From: Candidatus Zipacnadia bacterium | Lineage (GTDB): Bacteria; Armatimonadota; Zipacnadia; Zipacnadales; JABUFB01 | Direction: 5' to 3' | Assembly (NCBI GenBank): GCA_029821745.1 | Contig: JALGSS010000102.1 | Span: forward strand, 1-10,124 | Length of the DNA: 10,124 nucleotides | Shown here: one piece after another, positions 1-6,763 of the stretch | Numbering within the stretch: position 1 is the stretch's first letter | Layout: every line of letters begins with the position of its first letter | The notes under the pieces: generated by a model | What the model saw: only the letters and a program-made list of their open reading frames with translations | Told to the model about the DNA's origin: nothing | Databases searched by the model: none | Program-made: the position numbers and the translations under genes

Positions 1-1034
1 GCGCCGCCCGCTCCGCCGCTCTCGATCACGTCCGGGTATAGCGTCCCGTGGACGATGAACTCGAACTCGGCGAGCTTGGCGCTCTCCTCTTCGAAAGTGC
101 GAATGAATGTCTCCCCGATGATGTTGCGCTTCGTCTCAGGGTCTTCGACGCCTTCGAGACGTGAGATGAAGCGCTCCCTGGCGTCAATTGCGACAAAGCG
201 GTCGCCGAGAAGACTGCCGAAGAATTCTTGCACCTGCTGCGGCTCATTCTTGCGCATCAGGCCGTGGTCAATGAACATGCACAAGAGCTGGTCGCCGATC
301 GCGCGGTCCAGCAGCGCTGCGCAGACTGACGAATCCACTCCGCCCGACAGCGCGCAGAGAACTCGGGCATCGCCGACGCGCTCGCGAAGCTGCTCGACAG
401 CCTCCTCGATGAAGGACGAGGAATGCCAATCGCCGCTGCAGCCGCATATCTTGTGCAGGAAGTTCCCCAGCACCGTCTGCCCGAGGGGCGTGTGCTGGAC
501 CTCAGGGTGGAATTGGACCCCGTACAGCTTGCGATCGGAATCGCCCATGGCCGCGACGGGCGAGTGCTCGGTGTGGGCGAGAGCGCTGAACCTCTCCGGG
601 AGGCCGGTGACCTTGTCTCCGTGGCTCATCCAGACCTGGATCTCGTCGCCGCAGCCTTCGAACAGAGGAGATGACGCGTCGACCTGAGCCATCTGGCGCC
701 CGTACTCGCGCCGGCTTCCTCCCGGGGAGACCACGCCGCCGAGCGATTGGGCCATCAGTTGTTGCCCGTAACAGATGCCGAGAACCGGGACGCCGGCCGT
801 GAAGACGCGCTCATCGACGCTCGGCGCGCCCTCCTCGTAGACGCTGGAGGGGCCGCCGGACAGGATGATGGCTTTCGGGCTATCTGCCAGCAGTTCCTCG
901 ATTGGGGTATCGTGGTGGCGAATCTCAGCATAGACGTTCAACGCGCGAACCTTGCGCACGATCAATTGAACATATTGGGCGCCGAAATCCAGCACCACGA
1001 CACGCTCGCCACCAAAGCCTTGGCGTGTAGTCAC
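1..1034 (-). CDS. guaA: GMP synthase (glutamine-hydrolysing), N-terminal ~344 aa; C-terminal part lies beyond the left window edge
   Basis: Minus-strand translation from GTG at 1034..1032 gives VTTRQGFGGERVVVLDFGAQYVQLIVRKVRALNVYAEI.... It contains class-I glutamine amidotransferase motifs (PVLGICYGQQLM, QFHPEV). These are followed by the ATP-pyrophosphatase P-loop LSGGVDSSV and ...FEEESAKLAEFEFIVHGTLYPDVIESGG, collinear with E. coli GuaA. The frame stays open to position 1. AGGT lies 8 nt upstream of GTG. Confidence 0.93.
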   Translation of the reverse strand, partial: MTTRQGFGGERVVVLDFGAQYVQLIVRKVRALNVYAEIRHHDTPIEELLADSPKAIILSGGPSSVYEEGAPSVDERVFTAGVPVLGICYGQQLMAQSLGGVVSPGGSRREYGRQMAQVDASSPLFEGCGDEIQVWMSHGDKVTGLPERFSALAHTEHSPVAAMGDSDRKLYGVQFHPEVQHTPLGQTVLGNFLHKICGCSGDWHSSSFIEEAVEQLRERVGDARVLCALSGGVDSSVCAALLDRAIGDQLLCMFIDHGLMRKNEPQQVQEFFGSLLGDRFVAIDARERFISRLEGVEDPETKRNIIGETFIRTFEEESAKLAEFEFIVHGTLYPDVIESGGAGG

Positions 1035-1335
1035 TGGTCTTTACCTGTATTGGGTGGAGTTCATAGCTTGCGGATGCGAACAACCGAGGGACGCCGCGGG
1101 TTCGATCCCATCAGCACTCGTTTACAGCCATTCGCCTGCGGCGTCAGGACTGCCCGGCTGTTGTGTTGGCCGCTCACGGACACTTACCCACGTGGGTAAG
1201 GGACGGGGGATTGACAGCTCATGCTGTAGGGCACTACCACTCGCACAATCCACTGCACCGTGACGGTTTGGCAAGGAAGATCAAGGAACAAAGCTTGGGA
1301 ATCATTATGGAACATCAGGGGACCCACTTGCACTT
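1035..1335 (-). promoter_or_regulatory. Long (~300 nt) 5' leader between predicted TSS and guaA start; unclassified candidate cis-regulatory RNA or small-RNA region
   Basis: No convincing ORF on either strand; minus-strand uORFs are 6-27 codons with no RBS. The region is locally AT-rich just downstream of the promoter (ccataatgattcccaagctttgttccttgatcttcc). It contains a perfect palindrome and several GC hairpins. Class not recognisable by eye. Confidence 0.3.
1183..1200. repeat. Perfect 18-bp palindrome CTTACCCACGTGGGTAAG (7-bp arms around ACGT; CACGTG core)
   Basis: The sequence is identical to its own reverse complement. It lies inside the guaA leader, about +135 to +150 from the predicted TSS. 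It could be an operator for a dimeric regulator or a 7-bp-stem/4-nt-loop RNA hairpin. Confidence 0.85.
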
Positions 1336-1341
1336 GAAGCG

Positions 1342-1371
1342 AGTATAGCAACGCGTCTGAGGCTTTGTCAA
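1342..1371 (-). promoter_or_regulatory. Sigma70-type promoter reading toward guaA: -35 TTGACA (1371..1366), 18-bp spacer, -10 TATACT (1347..1342); predicted TSS near 1335
   Basis: The reverse-complement of 1342..1371 is TTGACAaagcctcagacgcgttgcTATACT. The -35 is perfect and the -10 is 5/6. The AT-rich discriminator and early leader follow. Confidence 0.5.
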
Positions 1372-1415
1372 CAGGTAATGCACCGCAGTTCGGCCCCAGG
1401 CGCGCCCGCACCAGG

Positions 1416-2009
1416 CTACCAGGTGACCCGGATCAGGGTAAGGCCCGGCATCGTTGACTCGGCGAGCGGGCCGGACGGCAGGAAGGACGCAGGCGAATCA
1501 TCAGGCACAATCGCGTGTCCGAACATGCCGCCGCCCTCGGATGCCTCGCGACCGACGAAGTAGCCCAGGGCCGCGCCGGCCAGTACCTGGTACCACTTGT
1601 GCTGCCTGAGCTCGATGCGTGACCAGCCGACGGAGGCAGCCCACAGGTACGCCCAGGGACGAGCGCCCGGCTCGCGGCGCGAGAGCACTGTTGCGACGCA
1701 GAACGCCGTGGATGTGTGGCCACTCGGGAAGCCGGTCGTCGCGTGGTGTTCCTTGGGGCGGTCATCGTCGATCACCGATTTGAGCCCGCAGGTGAGTGCC
1801 CCCGTCGCCAACATACCGTCCACCGCGCGTCGCGCGCTTTCGACCTCACCTTCGCCGCCCCCGAGCCACAGGGCCCCGACGCTCGTGCCGATCACCGGAA
1901 AGATCGTGTCTGATATGGCGTCGGCAATATAGGCCTCCGTGGGGGCCCCAGTACACAAAGCCTGGCTGAGCGCCGCCAGCAATAGTGACGACAGGCTGGA
2001 CACGCGCAT
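1416..2009 (-). CDS. PAP2-superfamily membrane phosphatase (PgpB/BcrC-like candidate undecaprenyl-diphosphate phosphatase)
   Basis: All three PAP2 motifs are present: K-x6-RP (LKSVIDDDRPKE), PSGH (FPSGHTSTAF) and SR-x5-H (WSRIELRQHKWYQ). There is an N-terminal signal/TM segment MRVSSLSSLLLAALSQALC plus about five further hydrophobic segments. The ATG at 2009 lies 2 nt after the upstream stop (TAGggATG). The track's alternative TTG start at 2039 would overlap the upstream gene by 27 nt. Stop TAG at 1416..1418. Confidence 0.75.
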   Translation of the reverse strand: MRVSSLSSLLLAALSQALCTGAPTEAYIADAISDTIFPVIGTSVGALWLGGGEGEVESARRAVDGMLATGALTCGLKSVIDDDRPKEHHATTGFPSGHTSTAFCVATVLSRREPGARPWAYLWAASVGWSRIELRQHKWYQVLAGAALGYFVGREASEGGGMFGHAIVPDDSPASFLPSGPLAESTMPGLTLIRVTW

Positions 2010-2011
2010 CC

Positions 2012-3385
2012 CTACCAACCGTACCTTTTGGGTCCCCAAGGCTTCTGGACGGTCTCCTGCTTCACAAGAACCAGAGTGTTGTGCGGGACATCCTCATACT
2101 GCACGACACCGGGGCCAACGCACGAGTACGCCCCGACCTTGACGCCGGGCATGATGATGGCGTTGACTCCGGTGCGCGTGTAATCGCCAAAGTAAGAATC
2201 GTTCGCGCCGGATTCCGGATACTCTCTGCGTCCGGCCACGGTGTGGGGGGCCTTGCCGTCGTCGAAACGGAGGGTCCCGAAAACGGTCGCCGCGCCGACG
2301 TCATGCCGCGCGCCGAGGATGCCGGATATCTCGCAATAGTGGTACAGCACGGCCCCCTCGAATAGCACGCCCCACAACTCGGCCCCATGCGCGACGAGGC
2401 ACTCGTCGCCGATGACCGTGGAGCCACCCACTGCGCAGTAGTCGCGACACCGCACGCTTCTGCCCAGAATGCAGTCGCCACCGATGATGGCGCCGTTGGT
2501 GATCTCCGTGCCCGGTCCGGCGATGAGATTGCCGTTGATGACCACGCGGCTGCCGATGACCGCGCCGGGTCCCAACTTGACCTTGCCGTGGATCTCCGCG
2601 CCATCACTGATGGTCGCGCCGTCGGCGATCTCGCTCTCTTCCAGCCGGTCGCATAGATACGTGGCGAGCAACGCATTGGCTTCCAGCAGTTGCCAGGGCT
2701 TGTCAATGTCGACAAACAGCCCATTGTGCTCGGCGGCGAGCACTTCGTGGCCGTCGTCGAGCATCAACTGCACCGATTGCGACAACTCGGCCTCCATCTT
2801 GGGCATGCCGCCGACGTTGACCTTGTCCGCGACGCCCGGGTTGGCAAGGATGTAGGGGACGGCCCCGGGCGTGAAGCAGTAGATGCCTGCGATCCGATGC
2901 TCGGCGCTCCGCGGGTGGCCCGAGGTCCCTGTCAGGCGGCCCTGCTCATCCATTGAGCCGCAGAGCCAGTCGAGCGAGTTCCTCTCGCCAAGCGGAGAGA
3001 GCATCGCTGCTGCGAAGGGCTCCTCCTCCCGGCAGGTCTGGATAAAGGCCCGGAGGCCCTCCTCGTCGATCAGACAATCCCCGTACAGGACGAGGAACGG
3101 GCGATCGGCGGGCTGGTCGGCAAGGGCGTCGAGGACGGCAGGCGCGGTGCCTGCCGTCGATCCCTGGGTCACGAACCGGACCTCCACGCCCAGTAAGGCG
3201 TGGCGCACACGCTGCTGGAGATGGCCCACCACCACCGTGATATCGGACACGCCGGCCCGCTGCAGGCATTCGACCGTCCAGCGGATCAGGTATGTGTCAC
3301 CGACAGGCAGGGCGGCTTTCTGCCGGGTGATATCGTACGGGAAGTTCCTCTCGCCTTGTCCCGCTGCCAGGATCACCGCTCGCAT
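2012..3385 (-). CDS. Bifunctional sugar-1-phosphate nucleotidylyltransferase / left-handed-beta-helix acetyltransferase, GlmU-like (non-canonical)
   Basis: N-terminus MRAVILAAGQGERNF... matches the NTP-transferase fold (GlmU MSVVILAAGKGTRM) and is followed by ...LVLYGDCLIDEE.... The C-terminal half is rich in hexapeptide repeats (ISDGAEIHGKVKLGPGAVIGSRVVINGNLIAGPGTEITNGAIIGGDCILG...) and is collinear with the GlmU acetyltransferase domain. 457 aa, close to GlmU size. Strong SD CCAGGAGGAG 5 nt upstream of the ATG. The start lies 2 nt after the upstream stop (TAGgcATG). Confidence 0.8.
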   Translation of the reverse strand: MRAVILAAGQGERNFPYDITRQKAALPVGDTYLIRWTVECLQRAGVSDITVVVGHLQQRVRHALLGVEVRFVTQGSTAGTAPAVLDALADQPADRPFLVLYGDCLIDEEGLRAFIQTCREEEPFAAAMLSPLGERNSLDWLCGSMDEQGRLTGTSGHPRSAEHRIAGIYCFTPGAVPYILANPGVADKVNVGGMPKMEAELSQSVQLMLDDGHEVLAAEHNGLFVDIDKPWQLLEANALLATYLCDRLEESEIADGATISDGAEIHGKVKLGPGAVIGSRVVINGNLIAGPGTEITNGAIIGGDCILGRSVRCRDYCAVGGSTVIGDECLVAHGAELWGVLFEGAVLYHYCEISGILGARHDVGAATVFGTLRFDDGKAPHTVAGRREYPESGANDSYFGDYTRTGVNAIIMPGVKVGAYSCVGPGVVQYEDVPHNTLVLVKQETVQKPWGPKRYGW

Positions 3386-3387
3386 GC

Positions 3388-4242
3388 CTACTCCTCCTGG
3401 AGGCGCTCGGGTGACTCGCCTCGCTCTGCGGCTTCCTTCTCGATCCCCTTGCGAATCTTCTCGCGCGCTTCGTCAATGAGGATCTGCACGTCCTCGGTGC
3501 GGTACGTGCGCTGTTCCCACGTCCGCGCCTCCACGCTCTTCAGGAAGCCTTCGAAATCCTCGAAGTACGAGCCGTAGATGTGGAATGAATCGACGACATG
3601 GTTGTACTGGCCGACTTTGATCTCGCGGCCGATCCGCTCGCTGATGCGCTCCGCGACCGCTCGCTGCAGGTCGGTGAAGGCATACATATTCATGTACGCG
3701 GCCTTGAAGGCGTCGTTGCTGCGCATGTGGGCGGCGAGCACGAGATGATCGTCGAAGATGCGGAACCAGAGGCGCTGCAGGCACGCGGGGTCGTCGATCC
3801 CCGCGTCCTCCCACGGCTTCCAGATGACGGCCTGGGCGCGGCGCGAATGGGGCACTTCGCTGAGGGTGTCGACCACGTACTGGATCTGATCGACGGGCTC
3901 AGGCAGGCCGGGAACCGTGTACCCGGCGAAGCGCTGGTGGTAGGTGTACTGCCACTTGCCTTCTTCAGGGGCGACCCAGTGGTCGTGAATCCCGTCGAGG
4001 ACCTCCTGGCGGTAGATCTCCAGGTCGTACAGGCCGCCGGGCATGGCACGGTGAATGCGGGGCTCGGCGAAGGGATCGGCGACGGCGATCATCACCGATG
4101 CGTCGCGGCTTGGGGGATCTTCCGGGCGGTCATACTGGGTGGCGATGCGGGCGCCACGCTCCCAGGCAGCCAGGACAGCCTTCTCCCAGCCCTCTGCCAG
4201 CGTCTGTGCTTCAACATGAATGGTGGGGAGTTGGAATTGCAT
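3388..4242 (-). CDS. Thymidylate synthase (ThyA)/dCMP-hydroxymethylase family enzyme, divergent
   Basis: Collinear with E. coli ThyA. [28 protein letters not shown] aligns with [26 protein letters not shown]. The catalytic-Cys motif is [15 protein letters not shown] (ThyA ALPPCHAFFQFYVAD). [20 protein letters not shown] aligns with [32 protein letters not shown] aligns with DTHLYSNHMDQ. Differences: PPCH becomes PACL, YGKQWRAW becomes [10 protein letters not shown], and there is a Glu/Lys-rich C-terminal tail. GGAGG lies 11 nt upstream of the ATG. Confidence 0.8.
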   Translation of the reverse strand: [284 protein letters not shown]

Positions 4243-4323
4243 CCGTCAACAGACCTCCATCGAAGTTGTGCAGGGCTCTGTACTCGCACGGCACCTTGGC
4301 GAGCCCCTGGTGTGGGCTATCAA

Positions 4324-5829
4324 CTAGGGGGCCTGAGTGGCCTGGGCTCCCGTCAGACGCTCCCACTCTTGGACTTGCTCGGGCTCGCGCTTGGCGAGGG
4401 CCATTGCGTCCTGGGCCGCATAGTCAGGTATGCGCGAAGCTAGAGCACAAGCCATCCAGAAATAGATTCCCCCCGGTGCAAGGTACAGCGATGACCCTAC
4501 CATGAGCTGCAGGGCGAGATTCAGCGCCGAAGCCACGAGGCCGCTGGCCAGCCAAGCGTCGCGCCCGGTGCTGTGCGCCCATCCCGCAAATGCGGAGGTG
4601 AATACCCGCCACAGCAGCCAAAGGAACAGCGCCGTCCCGGGAAGCCCCAGTTCCTTCATCGCGCGGCCGACCTCATTCTCGATGAGAACCGCCGTCTCGC
4701 TCTTCACGTGCATCGGCTCGTCCATCAGGAAGACGGCCCGTCCTGCCCCCGTGCCGCTGGCAACACCGGTGCCAAGCGGATACAGCGAGAGCATCTCGAA
4801 GCCCCGCGTGAAGGGACCGATGGCTCTCTGCCAGATGACTGTCATGTTGAGACGGCTCTGAGAGTAACGGGCCGACATCATGCGGCCAACGTATTTCTCG
4901 GCTTGCCACCCACCTATCAACAGCAGGATGATGAGGCCGACGACAAGGTGGGCGCGGCGCGTCATCAGGATGAAGGCCATCAACCCGATCGCCGCACCAA
5001 CCAGCGGCGCTCGACTGCCGGTGGCTGCCATGGCCGCGAGGCAGATCGGTGCCGCCAAGAGCAATAGAACCTGGCGTAGCGAGAAAGCGCGCGCCGCCAG
5101 AGCGACGCCGATGCAGACCGTGGCGGCGAAGCTCATCGCCGACCCGGCAGTGCCGGGATGGACATACGTGCCGGGTGCCCGGACATTGGCGCCGTGAGCG
5201 AAGGCCGTGTAGAAGGCGAAGCTTGACGAGATCTTGTATAGGTGCTGGAACCCAATCCGGTGCTGGACGATCCCGTAGACGCCTGTGACAGCGCTGATCA
5301 CCGCGATGAACAAGATCAAGCGCTCGAACTGCTTGCGCGTCCGGATCGTGTCGTAGGTGATGAAGAAGACGGGAATCCAGACGCACCACGAGCGGAGGCC
5401 CGCGAGAGCCAAGGCCCAGCTAACGTTCTCGGAGTTGAACATCTGGGCGGTGCAGTACAGAATGAACATGACTGCCGGCGCGGCCACGCGATGGGACAGC
5501 GAAATGCGCGGGCTACCGTTCATGCCGTCCCAGATCCAGTGCGCCAGGGCGATGGCGAGGAAGATGTCCTTCAGGAGCATACTGAACATGCTCGGGTGGA
5601 AGCCCTTGATGATCCCGTCGAAACAGGCGACGGCTATGACGGCGTATATGGCAGCCTCGGTGGAGGCGATCGCGGCCACTGTTCCCAGCGTGGCAATGGC
5701 CGCGACCAACGCCAGCAAGGCGTTGTTCTGGGTCATCATGACGCCCACGCCGACAGCGATCGCGCTGCATACCGTCCCCACTGTCAGGAGGGCGGTCAAC
5801 TGGGGATCGGGTTGGTTCTTCCGAAGCAT
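4324..5829 (-). CDS. Polytopic membrane protein with Wzy_C / O-antigen ligase (WaaL)-like or O-antigen polymerase domain
   Basis: 501 aa with about 10-12 hydrophobic helices. The conserved Wzy_C-type loop motif is AATGSRAPLVGAAIGLMAFIL. There is a large extracytoplasmic loop before the last TM block and a charged C-terminal tail. The start codon is uncertain (no clear SD at 5829). Confidence 0.65.
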   Translation of the reverse strand: MLRKNQPDPQLTALLTVGTVCSAIAVGVGVMMTQNNALLALVAAIATLGTVAAIASTEAAIYAVIAVACFDGIIKGFHPSMFSMLLKDIFLAIALAHWIWDGMNGSPRISLSHRVAAPAVMFILYCTAQMFNSENVSWALALAGLRSWCVWIPVFFITYDTIRTRKQFERLILFIAVISAVTGVYGIVQHRIGFQHLYKISSSFAFYTAFAHGANVRAPGTYVHPGTAGSAMSFAATVCIGVALAARAFSLRQVLLLLAAPICLAAMAATGSRAPLVGAAIGLMAFILMTRRAHLVVGLIILLLIGGWQAEKYVGRMMSARYSQSRLNMTVIWQRAIGPFTRGFEMLSLYPLGTGVASGTGAGRAVFLMDEPMHVKSETAVLIENEVGRAMKELGLPGTALFLWLLWRVFTSAFAGWAHSTGRDAWLASGLVASALNLALQLMVGSSLYLAPGGIYFWMACALASRIPDYAAQDAMALAKREPEQVQEWERLTGAQATQAP

Positions 5830-5930
5830 GCTCTGAGATACCCGATGGAGTGCGTGTGATGATGCGGCTCAAGGGGCCGGTGGACCGGCAGGACCCGCGG
5901 TCCGACGCCGGCGCGGGAGCCCGGATACTG

Positions 5931-5960
5931 ATTATACCGATCGACACCTCCGCAGGCAAT
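5931..5960 (-). promoter_or_regulatory. Sigma70-type promoter for the minus-strand envelope operon: -35 TTGCCT (5960..5955), 18-bp spacer, -10 TATAAT (5936..5931); TSS near 5924, ~95-nt 5'UTR
   Basis: The reverse-complement reads TTGCCTtgcggaggtgtcgatcggTATAATcag. The -10 is perfect, the -35 is 4/6, and the spacing is canonical. Confidence 0.45.
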
Positions 5961-6121
5961 CTTTGCGTGCCTGGTCGGCATTGCAGGAATCCACCGCAAC
6001 GCCCCGAAATAGGCAGTACACGCGTTGTGAAGCATCCGTCACCGGGCGGTGCCGATTTCCGTTTGCCGGGTGGTGGGGCGGGTATATTTGAGTCAAGAGG
6101 GATGAATTAGAGAGCAGGAAT

Positions 6122-6718
6122 ATGAAGAGCATACTGAGTTGGCTGCGACAAGTTGTGGCTGACTTTTTTAGTGCCGACCCGGATGCCGCCCGGCGGACCA
6201 CCCAAGTCGCTGAGGAAGAACTGGCGACGGAGAAGACCGTGGCAGCCCTCGCCGTCGCTCACGCCGGGCGCGCCGCACTGGCCTTGCAGGAAGCTCTCGA
6301 CAGCGGTGAGGGAGACCCCGAGCGGCTGGGGATCCTGACTGCGCAGCTCGAGGACGCACGGGAGCGCGCGCGCAGCCAGGTCGCCATCTACCGCGAGCTG
6401 CAGCAACGTGTGGCGAACGACTTGGAGCGGCTCAATGAGGCGCAGCGACTTGCCGAAATCAACGAGGAGCGCGAGCGGCTCCGACGTCTTGCGGCACTCA
6501 CTCAGCCGGGCGTCGACTCCGAGGCCCTGAATGCGCTGGAGGCCGAGGCGAAGGCCGAAGCGGCGAAGCTCGACGTACTTGACGCTCTTGACAGCGGCGC
6601 CACTGACCTGTACACGGGCAGCCACGCGGGCGACGGTCGCCAGGCGGATAACCCGGCCGTTCGCGCCCGTGAACTGCTGGCGGACAGCTCATTGGATGAT
6701 CTCTGGCCGCGGCAATAG
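6122..6718 (+). CDS. PspA/IM30 (phage-shock protein A / LiaH / Vipp1)-like coiled-coil protein, putative
   Basis: 198 aa, predicted all alpha-helical, charged and Ala/Glu/Arg/Leu-rich. N-terminal amphipathic helix SILSWLRQVVADFFSADPD resembles PspA [24 protein letters not shown]. Length and heptad character fit PF04012. AGGA lies 4-7 nt upstream of the ATG. The CDS is confident; the family call is moderate. Confidence 0.55.
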   Translation: MKSILSWLRQVVADFFSADPDAARRTTQVAEEELATEKTVAALAVAHAGRAALALQEALDSGEGDPERLGILTAQLEDARERARSQVAIYRELQQRVANDLERLNEAQRLAEINEERERLRRLAALTQPGVDSEALNALEAEAKAEAAKLDVLDALDSGATDLYTGSHAGDGRQADNPAVRARELLADSSLDDLWPRQ

Positions 6719-6763
6719 ACTGTCGGCTGTCGGCAAGGCCGAGAACCGAAGGGAGCGTGCACG

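Noticed and set aside
55-687. 210-aa plus-strand ORF (and 423..674, 747..1199) overlapping guaA
   Set aside because: It is antisense to a confidently identified guaA reading frame. The composition is Ser/Arg/Pro-rich, typical of GC-rich antisense frames, with no motifs.
1098-1109. tRNA/tmRNA-like T-loop sequence GGGTTCGATCCC on the plus strand within the guaA leader
   Set aside because: The loop matches GTTCRANYC, but the flanking bases cannot form a 5-bp T-stem (GCGGG vs CCCAT). There is no acceptor stem or CCA, and no D- or anticodon arm can be drawn. It is probably just a GGG/CCC hairpin of the leader RNA.
1184-1411. 75-aa minus ORF covering the guaA promoter and leader (contains the 27-codon MFHNDSQALFLDLPCQTVTVQWIVRVV uORF)
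   Set aside because: It starts upstream of the predicted promoter, has no RBS, and its peptide has no recognisable features. It was considered as a leader peptide but there is no supporting signal.
2062-2724. 220-aa minus ORF and several plus-strand ORFs (1985..2365, 2387..2656, 2469..2855, 2690..2956, 2883..3479, 3200..3577) inside the GlmU-like gene
   Set aside because: These are alternative-frame or antisense ORFs within a gene with strong family motifs. They are Arg/Ala/Pro/Ser-rich low-complexity translations with no RBS.
3598-4443. 281-aa plus-strand ORF antisense to the ThyA-like gene, and 3473..3814 / 3690..4049 minus alternative frames
   Set aside because: The ThyA-family frame carries unmistakable conserved blocks. 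These other frames are GC-driven open frames.
4502-5859. Multiple 100-240-aa ORFs on both strands overlapping the Wzy_C-like gene (e.g. 4673..5389 -, 5242..5859 +, 5357..5836 +)
   Set aside because: Only the 4324..5829 frame yields a coherent polytopic membrane protein with the GSR motif. The others are Arg/His/Asp-rich nonsense typical of high-GC DNA.
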